DNA of 62,029 nt, counting the filler, from Kipferlia bialata (lineage: Eukaryota): assembly GCA_003568945.1 (NCBI GenBank). It is 4 parts of 4 records of this genome, joined end to end, with 100 filler letters (N's around TTAATTAATTAA, not from the genome) between each part and the next. Parts side by side here need not be neighbours in the genome. Positions count along the whole stretch, not along the records: positions 1 to 15,442 come from BDIP01000701.1; 3 more parts are not named here. One strand, 5' to 3'. Position 1 is the first letter of the stretch; each line of letters opens with the position of its first letter. Shown here one piece after another: positions 1-12,249 of this stretch. The notes under the pieces are model-generated. The model searched no databases, was not told the origin of the DNA, and saw only the letters and a program-made list of their open reading frames with translations. A program made the translations under genes and the position numbers.

Positions 1-55
<55 letters not shown>

Positions 56-178
56 CTATCCCTTCCGACTGGGGTGTCCGAGGTGACCTCCACCACACAC
101 CTCTCTCTTCTTCTCTATTATACTGTCTATAGTATACTTCTGTTATTATGTATATTTCCCAATTGCCTAACCCTTCAG

Positions 179-487
179 ACTGAGGTATCCGAGGTGACCT
201 CTATTCTGACCAGGGCACTTGCCAGGAATGCAGAGGAGGATAGCAAGAAGGCAGGGACAGAGGGGGAGGGAGAGGGAGTGTCAGAGACACAGGGAGTGTC
301 AGAGACACAGGGAGTGTCAGAGACTGCTGAGACAGAGGTGGTTGAGAGAGAGAGAGAGCCCGAGGTGCCGGCTGAGCCTTCATCCAGCCCGGAGGGAGAG
401 AGAGAGAGGGAGAGAGAGGCTGAGGATGATGTCCCACTGACAGAGACAGCCAAGCCGGTGCAGAGGGTGATTGAGAAGAAGCATTGA
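179..487 (+). CDS. Last exon of an unknown acidic low-complexity protein (5' part outside window)
   Basis: Acceptor CCTAACCCTTCAG ends at 178. Open frame TEVSEVTSILTRALARNAEE...EKKH* ends at TGA 487 and contains GVSET(Q) x3. Confidence 0.7.
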   Translation, partial: TEVSEVTSILTRALARNAEEDSKKAGTEGEGEGVSETQGVSETQGVSETAETEVVEREREPEVPAEPSSSPEGEREREREAEDDVPLTETAKPVQRVIEKKH

Positions 488-662
488 TGTGTGAATTGCA
501 ATAAATGGGGCGAAGACACACCGTTGCATTGTAAGTGTCCCATTAATTGGTAGTCTGGACTTGGGACTGCTAGACAGCCTACACCCCATGTGGACACTGA
601 CAGCGTCTCGTTGTTTGCCACTATTGCAATGAAACGGCATATTTGTAGACACCAAATACACG

Positions 663-1690
663 ATGATCGGGTACCTGCTACGAACCCGACCTCCTTCTCA
701 CACAGAGAGAGGTCTAATGGGAGACCCAGTGTGGAGTGGCAGCACATACAGGCAGGGGGCAAGGGTGCGCAGAGGCAGGGACTGGGCAGGCAGTGGAAAC
801 AGATACTGTGGTATGTGCCGGTTATGTATTCAGTGTGTAGATTCCCTTGTCTTCAAGTTGGTCCAACTTAGAGACTCCAACTGTTCTGTTATATATATAG
901 ACACACAGTGACAATTTATATACTTGAGGAACAAGTTTTATCGTTTACTACCACTGTCTAGTACATTATATACTCTCTATGTTGTTCTCATTTGGTATGA
1001 GTGATACTGCATAATACTATGTGTAATACACATTGTGTATACTGATAGTATAGTGTATGTATTCCGACTGTGTATTCACATTGTAGTGTATACTGCTGGT
1101 GATCACACGCACAGGGTCTTATATGTAGGGAACACTGACGGTCATGGTGAAGGGGTGCTATTACAGGATCGAGGGATAGTTGCTGAAGCTACAGGCGAGT
1201 CGGTGAAGGTCAAGGTAGGCATAATATATATATATATATATATATACATATGTAATCCTCAATGTATCTCTGATGGCCATCATATATATGCATCTCACTT
1301 CAGTGGGACAATGGAAACCCCGGTGTCTACTGGGCATATCCAGATTCCTGTGAGCTCGAGTATGTGCAGACCCATGCAGAGTGGAAGCGGTCACCCGAGT
1401 ACAAGGTCCTTATGGAGGAGAGGGAGAGAGCGGCTGTGTTCATGCGGGAGAGGGCAGAGAGAGAGAGGGAGAGAGAGAGGCGAGAGCAGAAGAAGAAGAA
1501 GACCACCGCTCCTAGAGGTCTGGCACAGGAGGTTGCCTCCCTCAAGACAGAGGTTGCCTCCATCCGTGCCGAGGCCGTGGAGAGAGAGGAGAGGGAGAGG
1601 ACTCTGAGAGAGGAGGTGGCCGCACTGCGCTCTGCCCTCAGCCTGGTACAGGTGACAGGTGCCGTGGGCATGATGGTCAAGAGGGACTAG
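663..1690 (+). CDS. Mib/HERC2-domain protein with C-terminal coiled coil (exons 663-810, 1129-1214, 1304-1690)
   Basis: Phase-compatible GT-AG splicing gives GARVRRGRDWAGSGNRYCG-NTDGHGEG...RGIV...SVKVK-WDNGNPGVY...ELEY, matching the Mib_herc2 pattern G.RV.RG.DW...DG..G.V...V.V.WD.G...Y. An E/R/K-rich heptad tail follows. Confidence 0.7.
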
Positions 1691-1772
1691 GTTAGGCAGG
1701 AGGGAGAGGGAGAGAGGAATTGGATTCAATAATAGAGTATCGATAGAGTATGATTGTGTTCAGAATCACAAC

Positions 1773-2861
1773 ATGGCAAATCCACACCGACTCTTCTTCA
1801 TTCTCTTCTCGGTGCATCTATATATGCCGGTTGGCTGTGATGGGAGTGCCCACGGCACAGAGAACCCAGGGTTAGACAGAGACAGCAACAGGCTGATAGG
1901 GGATGACGATGAGTTGCTGTCCCCCCCATCAGACACATGCACTAAGGATGGAAACACGGTCCTGTGCTGCCACATCCAGTCCAAGGCACTGAGGGTGGTG
2001 CTGAGGGTCGTGATAGGGATAGTGGTTGTGCCATTGTTGGTCGTGGTTGCACTGGCACTCACCATCATGCTCTGCTTCTATAGGTATGGAGGATAGAGAG
2101 GCTCACACAGTATGGATCCATTCATTGCCTCTTATGCTACCCCCCCCCCCTCTCTCCCCTCATCATACTCTCATGTACCCTCTCATGTTAAGATTCACAA
2201 TCACTATCAGTGTCAGGTGTTGTATATATAAGCTAGATCCAACCTCTTTCCTCTCATAAGCTTAACTAGGTTCCCTCTCAACATGGTCGATAGTGATGTG
2301 GCCAACCCCCACACCCCTGTCTGGGCACTGCTGCCAATAGTGTGGGAGGATGACACAAACACAGGTATGTATGCATATGTGTATATATATCCTCTCCCTC
2401 TCTCTTTCTCTATCTCTCTCTTTGTATAGGACGGATAGTGTATCATTATTGACTCCAATCTTGTGATGACCCGTTATCACTGAGTTAGTACTCCCTCTCT
2501 CCCTCTCTCCCTCTCTCCCTCTCTCCCTCTCTCCCTCTCCATCCCACTGAATTTTACTCTCTCATTCTCTCGCTGTCTCTCTTCCTTCACCATTCCCCAT
2601 TCTCAGGTGACTGGGTTGGTGCAGGACCCCCCCCCCTTCTCTATACATTACCCTATCTATGTACTATAAACACACCTATGTTTTTTCATCTGGTGCCTGA
2701 GTGACTGAGCTTTTGCAATACAACTCTCTCTCTCCCTCCCTTATGTGTAGGTGCCTGTGTGACTGGGTGCAGAACACCTCTCTCTCTCTATATATATATC
2801 TTCATATACTTGTGTCTCCTCCAACCTCAGGTGCCTGTGTGACTGAGCTTGTGCAATACAA

Positions 2862-2917
<56 letters not shown>

Positions 2918-5899
2918 GTCTCTCCTCTTACCGTCAGGTGCCTGTGTGACTGAGCTTGTGCAGGACTTCCTGGACTGTGACTACCCAGTGGGCACAGTGC
3001 TGATAGGTATAGACTATATAGACATAGATACTTTCAGTGCTGATAGGTATCTATTGACATACCTTCAATGAATGATATGAGTGTATAAATATATAGCTGT
3101 GGTCCACAACTCATGAATCACCCTTGACTCCCCCTGGGCCACTGCGTATATTGACGGCAGTTGTATTGTAATTAGTAGGCATATATACATTTTCATATAT
3201 GTAGTCTCACCCTAGACTCGCCCTGGGCCACTGCGTACAATGACTTCACCCCTGCCGAGACATACACGGATGAGACAGGTACTGGAAGCGGTATAGATTA
3301 GTCATATACATACATATGCACATCTACACACATTATCCATTATCCCAGGCACTGTTGTGGAAGGCCCCTACCCAGACTGGAATGCATTCATAGCACACCT
3401 GAGGAAGGTATAATACTGTGATCATATATATACATCACATACATATACATATACATACATGAGTCCTAACCCCTCAGACCCTTGGTGTGCATGTCATGCT
3501 GTGGATGACTAATCACATGCCTAATATACGCATACTGTACTATATACATATATTCAGTATATATATACTCACACCCAGACCCTGGGTGTGCATGTCATGC
3601 TGTGGATGACAACCATACGTACTATCTAAGCATACTGTACTCTCTTTCTCTCTATATGTATACATCTAGTCCATATACTCATACCCAGACCCTTGGTGTG
3701 CATGTCATGCTGTGGATGACTACCATACATACTATACATTATAAGCATACTGTGGTGTATATACATGTTATACTTATAGTTATATGGCACCTGTACTCAT
3801 ACCCAGACCCTGGGTGTGCATGTCATGCTGTGGATGACAACCATGGTCAACTCATACTCAAAGAAGGTGTGGATCATTATGGCAGAGCCCCATATTCATT
3901 AGTTATGAATCATAACATACATTGATACATATGGTCAACTCAAATGGTAAACTCATACTCAAAGAAGGTATAGATGTATGTGTGCTTCTCTCAGGTTCTC
4001 TGTATCTGCTTCTTCCCTTGGACCTCCTTCACTTATACTGTGCTATACGTACTCCTACCCAGGTCCCTGACACCGACTCCTCTGCCTGGGCATCTGACCC
4101 ATATATAGTAGTCACTATCCATGAGGTGTATTAATATATCTCTCACCTCTAGGTCCCTGACACCGACTCCTCTGCCTGGGCCGCTGAGTCTGACGCCTAT
4201 ACCTGTGGGGGTGACTTCCACTGGTGGCTGGGAGAGGGGAGGTATGTGTATTTACGTACATATATGTGTGGGGGAGAGGGATGTATCGACATCATACATA
4301 CTTTCTCTGATCTGGCGGTATGTGGGGGGGGCGAAGTAGGTAGTAACTCTATATGATGTAATAGTATTTGTTTCAGATATATATAGTGTGTTTTCCTCAT
4401 TCCCCGTTCCTTCTGACACACCCAGGTCTGTGGACTACTCCTCCAGTGCGGCCATGGAGTGGTGGCAGGTATGCTATATTCCTATATCTCGCGTATAGGC
4501 CGGTGTTGTAATTCGCGTACTGATACCCTCAGGGCATGCAGGAGGACCTTGTCCTCAGGGGTGACTCCAGTATCGATGGGTGGAAGCTGGATGGGACTGG
4601 GGTGCTGTTCTGCAACAACCTGAGGCATGCTTGAGTCTATATGCTGTATCTTATGTATGTATAACGTATTAATTAATAGTTATTGAGCTGGATGGGACTG
4701 GGGTGCTCTTCTGCAACAACATGAGGTGTGTCTGGATATACTGTATATACATTTGTATTCAAAATGTGAATTACACAGAGCACAAGATGCCAAGTATAAT
4801 CTCTCAGCACAGTTGAACTATTCTTCCCCTCTTGGGAATTCTAGTTTACAACTCCTCACTAACCCCCAGGCTACCCTTTGCCAAGTGTGAGGGGGGTCTG
4901 ACCACAACAAGGAGGTGAGTGGTATTCCCATACAGTTCTACAAGTATTCAATACCTTGTGATATGATGCCACAAGTGTATATCCCTAACATTCCAGATAC
5001 CAAGACAGCTACTACAGCACAGAGTACCAGCATGGGCAGGTATTGTATTTGATGTATTTGATATATATATGTATGATTAGTATCCAGGCATTGCAGTAAA
5101 TATATGTTTGTATATGTAGGTATATGAGTACCAGCATGGGCAGGTAACAGGGTATTACTATGAAGGAGTGTCGATATAACACCTATATGGTGTGAGTATT
5201 CAGAGATCATGTACTGAATATGTGTAGAACACTTCTGACGTCTTAGGAGATGTACCCAGGCCACTTTGTCACCCTGTCCAGATCCATAGACATCCTGACA
5301 CCGTACTTCAACCCAGGTATCCTTGACAGTATGGACAGTTCTACTCGAATGGTCACAATATGTTACAGTTGTACTCGATTCGTGACATCAGGAGGTGTCG
5401 CCCCCCGTGATGCCGCTCAGCTGTCCTGGATAGGCGACGCCTCACACGACTGGGACAGTGGCAGTGGACTGGCTGCAGCAGTTAAGGTATCTAGATATAT
5501 GTATATGTATACTATTGCTTGGGTACTCCCTTCATGGTGTGTCATAATATATATATGTATATCTGTGTATTGTTTGACACGTAGGTCCCCCTCCGTTCTG
5601 CCAAGCTAGGTTGCTGCCTACATATAGTGTCTAGGGATATTAATATATCTAAAGTTTAACCCCCAGGTCACTCTTCGTTCTGCCAAGATAGGGTACTGTC
5701 TGCCCGGCACAGATGTAGCAGGGTACAACGGACAGACACCCATAGACCCCACACTGTACACAAGGTATATATAGCTAGACATGTGGATAGAGTGTATATA
5801 GTCAAATAGTAAGGGGGGGTAGACACATGGCCCTTTTATCTCTCCCGCACATATTCTCTCCTTCGAGTGTGTGTGGGTATAGGTAACCATTTCTCTGCG

Positions 5900-5932
<33 letters not shown>

Positions 5933-7922
5933 TATCAATAGATGGGCCCAGTTCTCTGCCCTGTCAGGCCTCTTCCTCAATGGAGGCCATGGGGAGAGGA
6001 GACCGTCACAGCTGACAGAGAGTGCAAGGGCAGAGATAAGGTAATGGTATTACTATGTGTAATTATATAGTGTATAGTATCTAGTAATAATTGTTTGTAT
6101 ATATGTATGATGTATGACAGAGAGTGCAAGGGCAGAGATAAGGTACTATATATGAATATGTGTATAAGGTAATCTATATGTTTGTGTGTATATAATGGCG
6201 TCCATGGGGAGAGACGGCCATCCCTTCTGGAGGACAGCGAGAGAGGATATTAGGATATGGTAATATTGAGTGAAGTAGTATTGTGTATAGTATCTAGATA
6301 TTTTTACTGATATCAATGTATCATGTATGACTGCTATTGCAAGATAGGAGGTCAGGTGATCATTGGTACAAGAATATCACATGTATATCTGATCGCAAAG
6401 GTGCGCGCGTGTGTGAGAGAGAGAGGTTATCGATATAGTGGGTATGCAGGTGTCTGACCCGTCAGGAGAGCCCACTGGCTATATATATATATATATACAT
6501 ATCAATATATACGTTCCCTCATGCCAGGAGAGCCCACTGGCTGAGGACGGAGCTGGTGCCATACATTGCAACCGCAGCAGGTATTACATATATCTAATGC
6601 ATATCCTATATGCATATTGTTTAGGTCTGTCTATCTGTAGTATGTGAGATCTATCTCTATCCTCGTACATTCAGTCATGTGACGCTGTCCATCTTTGTTA
6701 TGCATGACTCACCCCCAGACACGTGTGTCTCTGGAGGCGGTCTACTCTATACATATATGGATAGATACACTATTATTGTTATGCGTTCCGGTACGCATGG
6801 CTTCTTGACCTCACCCTCAGCCTAACTATTATATATACTATACTATGTGTGATTACCTCACCCTAGACACTTTATTGCATTTGGTTAGTCTTTCTCTAGT
6901 ATGTCATCAAGGATGAGTACCTCACCCCCAGACACGTGTGTCTCTGGAGGCAGTCCCCTGATGGTGGGCACAGGGGGACCCAAGGTACAGACTCTATACT
7001 ATGTGTATAGTGATAAGTATATGCGCACTATAACAGAGTCTATTCTGTCTACTTTTGATATTGTTTATGATGATGTTCATAACCATATATCTATATTGAG
7101 ACATGAGTGGATCTGACCCCAGTCCAAGCTGGGTCAGCGTCTGATACTATGTAGATCTATAATGAGTTCTGAACCTTGTCTTTCTATTGAACAGCCTGTC
7201 TCTGACCCCAGTCCAAGCTGTGTCCAGGTGGGGGTAGCACCTGTAAGTTGGGGTACCGCTTTGGCCCCAGCATGTACGTCTCCCCTATCGTAGCCGATGT
7301 GGACACATGGGCCCTCTACCTCCCCCCCTCTGAGTGTGGGTGGAGATCAATGTATCTAGGCGACAGTGAGAGTGAGGACGTCTACCCACCTAGTGAGGAT
7401 GAGACACTTGTTACCCGGGCCTTCTCAGTTGACCAGTACCCACTGTATGTAGAGGAGTGCAGCATAGTACCCGCCGATATAGCTAGGGATGGGATACTAG
7501 GCAAGGCTGAGTATGACGGGAGACTCACCCTCCTCGCCTACTCTAAGGGTCTAGCCGAGGGTGCCATAGCATCCACCTCTGTATCCGCTGACTCTCTCCA
7601 CCGTAGGGAGAGAGAGGTTGGGACAGAGGGTAGTGCACCGTGGGTAGTTAATGGAGTGGCAGAGGGAGACGTCAATGTGACCATGGAGTGGAGTTCCGTG
7701 TCTCTACACGTTAGTGTTAGCCTAGCTGACCCATCTCTGAGGGTGCCTGCCCATGTTGTCAGGGTCAGTGTACCCTTAGAGCCTAGTGTTGTCAGCATGA
7801 ATGGGATTAGCCATACATGCACCTGGGAGCCCTCTCTCTCTACTGGTACTGATGGGTATGCAGTGTGTATGTCTGAGGCTGTGATTGAGACAGAGACAGT
7901 GGCGTGGGTACTAATATTATAA
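1773..7922 (+). CDS. Glycoside hydrolase family 31 (alpha-glycosidase-like), probably type II membrane-anchored, about 18 exons
   Basis: Spliced peptides: PVWALLPIVWEDDTNT, DYPVGTVLIDSPWATAYNDF, YPDWNAFIAHLRK-TLGVHVMLWMT, WWLGEG.SVDYSS..AMEWW, IDGWKLDG (nucleophile region), SWIGD (acid/base), GYCLPGTDVAGY, LYTRWAQFSA, LRTELVPYI, YRFGPSMYVSPI...LYLP. The hydrophobic exon ending at 2083 splices in frame to acceptors at about 2260/2269. The start could be ATG 1773 or the next in-frame ATG. Confidence 0.85.
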
Positions 7923-8065
7923 TAGAGAGTAGAGCCTATTTTGTATATTGTGTACTGTAGTCACTAATAGTGACTCACCATTATGGATATTGATGTCTCT
8001 ATTCCCGCTGCATCTTCCACTCGTACTCGGGTGACTTGGGGGCACTGTATCCTAAATTAGGATAC

Positions 8066-9659
8066 CTAATTATACCCTAATTCCTCACGCATTCTACGTA
8101 GACGTTCTGTATCCTCCTCCAGACACAGCTTGTTCAGGAACCTGAGAAGCGCAATGTACTTGGACTGGGTGTCGAAGGGAATGTTGTACTGCATGACAGG
8201 CATCACATATTTGATGTAGGCATATCTCTTGCTCCGGGGCCAGTTCAGTATCTCCTCGTTACTGTGGATAACTGGGAGCTCCTGGAGGTCAAGTATAGAT
8301 ATTACCAATAGCATATATCTGAAATGATATCACACATCACATATAACATTCATACATATATGTATACTCATACATGTATCTACTGGGGATAGCTGGAAAC
8401 TCCTGGAAGTGGAGAAGGGACATATGTAGTAAACATTTCTGAGGGTTTGTGACAAACTTTGTCAACAATTTAGGATAGTGACATAGTATTCATTGTGATA
8501 TACACGTACCAGATCCTCATCGGGTGTCTTAGTATCTGTGTCACTATGGTCAAGGAGAGGTGCAACACCCAACCCGACTGACTCGGCTGGAAGTCAGTTG
8601 GGATTGAATGTGAAAGTATACACATCAGCTGGAGAGAGACAGGGGGGGCACTATCTGTGTGATTTGACTAAGAATGAAATCCTGACAGCCACTCACAGGT
8701 ACATAAATGGTTGTCAAGATGGTCCATCTTGAAGATGGAAGACATGGTTGTAGAGATTAGGAGAGTATTCCATCAATGTTAGAAGAGATATACACATGCT
8801 GAATATCACCTTGTGCGGGACCCTGCTCTATAGCTGATTCCTGAATCCTACTTACAGCTTCTGTATCCTCCTCCAGACACTGCTTGTTAAGGAACCTCAG
8901 AAGCGCAATGTACTTGGACTGGGTGTCGGAGGGAATGTCGTACTTAAGCACAGGCATCACATATTTGATGTAGGCATATCTCTTTCTCCGGGGCCAGGTC
9001 AGTATCTCCTCGTTACTGTGGATAGTGGGGAGTTCCTGGAGGTGAAGGATAGATACATACATATATATAACCAATAGCATATATTGATCTGAAGTGATAC
9101 CACATCACACATATCATTCATACATATAGGTATACTCAAACATGTATCTACTGGGGAAAGGTGGAAGCTCTTGGAGGTAATAATGGTACCACTTACCATA
9201 TCTTGATATAGTGAGAGAGAAACAACCATCATTGAAAGAGACACCTCAAGTAATGTGATACACACTCAATACCTGCTGGGGTCTGTTAGTATCTGACTCA
9301 CTATGGGCCAGGAGAGGTACAACACCCAACCCGACTGACTCGGCTGGAAGTCAGTTAGGAAGGTTGGGGAAGAGTATCAGATAGGAGGAGAGAGAGAAGG
9401 GGGGGGGGGGTACTATCTGTGTGACTTTACTGAGAATGAATAACTAACATGCACTCATAGGTACATACATGGTTTGCAAGGTGGAAGATATGGTCGGAGA
9501 GATTAGGAGAATTCCTTCAATGCCCGATCAGAATAGTGATATATACACACGCTCAATATCACCTTGGGGGGGACTCTGCTCTTTGGCTGGTACCGAAGCC
9601 TCCTTGACAGGAGTACTGTCCTCTGCTAGGGACGCCGTTGGACTCCTGGCCGTCTTCAT
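8066..9659 (-). CDS. Orphan protein made of two tandem internal repeats (about 5 exons)
   Basis: ATG 9659 MKTARSPTAS...EQSPPQ|AESVGLGVVPLL..|ELPTIHSNEEILTWPRRKRYAYIKY...QGPAQ|AESVGLGVAPLL..|ELPVIHSNEEILNWPRSKRYAYIKY...ELGYN*. All splice phases are compatible. Confidence 0.55.
8100..9590. repeat. Tandem duplication, unit about 750 bp, covering exons and introns
   Basis: About 8100-8830 aligns with about 8860-9590 (for example caacacccaacccgactgactcggctggaagtcagtt and agaagcgcaatgtacttggactgggtgtcg occur in both). Confidence 0.85.
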
Positions 9660-9868
9660 GAGCACAGATATGAGAAGATGGAAGATATGGTCCCATGAGA
9701 AGATGGAAGATATGGTCCCATGAGAAACCAAAGGGGTGTAACATCAGCAAAAACTCTGGGTGTCTACAGCAACTCGTCATGTTGCCATGAGTGTGGTAGA
9801 CACGCTGTCCTCTTCTCTTAGTCATACTGGTCTCAGATACTGGTACTGCTGCTGCTTGTGTCGTGTAG

Positions 9869-11791
9869 ATGCCGCGCTATCTGCTATGTGCCATATGCAT
9901 GGATGGTGAGTACAGACTCTGAAACATAAGTCATGTATTACTATGTGCATATACGACAATGGTTTGTATATGGGTGTACAGTAGCTTCGTTGCATTAGTC
10001 TGTGTCGCTCTCTCACCATAGCAGACTCTTCCCTACCCTTTATAGCCACTCCCTGTGGGCATCCCTTCCACACCGAGTGCCTAGAGAACTGGCTCAACAC
10101 ACAGGTGGGGAGCGTGTAGGGGGGTCTACAGTTGTCATGACTATCCTCTAATAGCATTGCTCATCATGAGCAGTACTCATGCACCGCACACTTAGGGCAC
10201 TGTTGGCCACAGTCTGTTGTATTTATATAGTGATCAGTACTTATGTGTATAAGGCTAGGACCGTGTAGCGGGGTCTACAGTTGTCAATGAAAACTTGTCA
10301 TGGACTCGACGCAGTTAACACCACTCAGACTGTACACCCTCTAGTACTCTCTTGGTTAAGCATCTGTATTGCGAGTAGTACTAGTCACTAGTACAAGACA
10401 TTGGAAGGATGAGTGACTATACTGGTGACAAGTACTAGTCTCTTGTACTGCTAGTGTGTATGTCTCTGACTCTAGGTGGAAGGGTACAGGACAACTCACA
10501 GTGACTGCCCCACCTGCCACTCACGTGTCTCAATGCGTGAATGCATACCTCTCTATACACAGGTATTGATAGTATGGTCCATACTATGAACCATACTAAG
10601 TATGGTGTATCTGGTTATATATCTATGTGGACTCATTCCAGTATCAGGAGTCAACAGCAGAGCCTGAGAGAGCTTTCTTTGGTGACGCTGATGGTGAGCT
10701 TGAGAGGGTTGACGACAACAGTGACGGCGAGCCTGTAAGGGTGTATGACAGTGACGACGGTGAGCCAGAGAGAGTGTATGAGGCCAGTGATGAGGAGGTG
10801 GAGAGAGTGTATGGTGGAAGGTGGGATGCAGGGAGGGACCAATGGCATGACATGGGAGATATACCCCCAGTGTATCACGTAAATGGTGGACAGAGACCCC
10901 ATCACGACATTAGGATGTATGACCCTGAAGACTTGTACCTCCATAATGGTGTGGTACCTCATTCCAGAGGGAGGGTGCCTCAGAGCGCACATGAGAGGTG
11001 GGAGAACATGCCACGGGATAGACCAGTGAGACAGACGAGGGGACAAAGGCGCCCACGTCCAGGTCCACGTCCACACACAGCAAGGGAAGAGGGTAGGAGA
11101 GTGGCCCATCCCCGGAACAGAGGGCCTCCTGTGCAGCGACAGCCCCCTCACATGACTGATCCCAATGCCCCAAGCCTCCAACGCTATCTCAACTGTTCAG
11201 ATGACCAGACCCTGATTCAGAGGGGTATTCAGGCCTACCTTAATGTGCTCGAGTACTACGAGAGGACACCATCCGCCACTCCACCTGACCTGTTCGACCC
11301 CCCTCAGACAACGGAGAGGGATGGCCACACCTATGTTCTGGCCTCTGCCGTTGCAGAGATGATCAGGCAGGGAACAGGGGAGGACATCCGTGTTGTCAGA
11401 GTGGCAAGAAAGGCCTTTGTCCTCTATGACATGGTTGAGCTCAACCCGGACAACCTCTCTGACCACCTTGTCTACATATGGTACAACGGGGGCCACAACG
11501 CTCAGGTAACAGTTCCACTATCAGCACAAGTACCAAAATCAGTACCAGTTCTAGTTTCAGTCTAATTACAAGTATCAGTGCAAGTATCAGTATCTGCGTC
11601 ATGATCCTTATGCCCAGGTGAGAAGACGACAGGCCAGAATGGCGGCCCTTGACCACCTGCCCCCTATCACGAGGGCCAGCCACGGTTCTGGCTTTGAGGC
11701 AGCTGTGCAAGAGAGGCTTAAGCTGTACCAGAAGGCACACAACGTAGGGCACTTCATGCCATACACACACATGCATCCGGAGGAAAAGTAG
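9869..11791 (+). CDS. RING-H2 (C3H2C3) E3 ubiquitin ligase (exons 9869-9905, 10022-10104, 10476-10562, 10642-11505, 11618-11791)
   Basis: Spliced N-terminus MPRYLLCAICMDADSSLPFIATPCGHPFHTECLENWLNTQVEGYRTTHSDCPTCHSRV has all eight ligands: CxxC, CxH, HxxC, CxxC, plus the conserved W. It continues in frame into the 10627-11565 ORF. Confidence 0.85.
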
Positions 11792-12249
11792 GGCGAAAGG
11801 AGAATACAACACACATACATACACACACGTGCATCGCATGGGGGACCTGTAAGTGTTCAGTGCCATACTAGAGAGTCTCAAGGAGAGACTAAACTATGTA
11901 TCTAGCCTCCTTTCTGGAGATTGAGATAGAATTTCAATAGTCACTATTGTTCTAATGCATATCCAGATAATAGTGAGAAAGGACAAAGTCAGCTTGTCTC
12001 TTTCGAGTTAAAGCTAACAATCCCCTATCTCACATCATTGCATGTCTCAGTAGGGTATGAAGCTATCTCTTAATGACTGTGTGACTCCTAGAGTGTAAGA
12101 GCACTGTAAATTACAGTGCTCTCTGTTACGTAGCGTAATTGAGAACAGACGTTTGCTCGAAAGAGAGAGTTTCAGATGCGATCTAACCTTGACACCATCA
12201 CCCGGTTCACTCTTGCATTGTTGTCGTCTCTTCGAGGAATAATCTGGCA

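Noticed and set aside
175..762. Long antisense ORFs (also 1327-1680, 10651-11181, 24120-24680, 27454-27912, 28467-29000)
   Set aside because: They are shadows of GC-rich coding exons on the opposite strand, with no independent motif or splice support.
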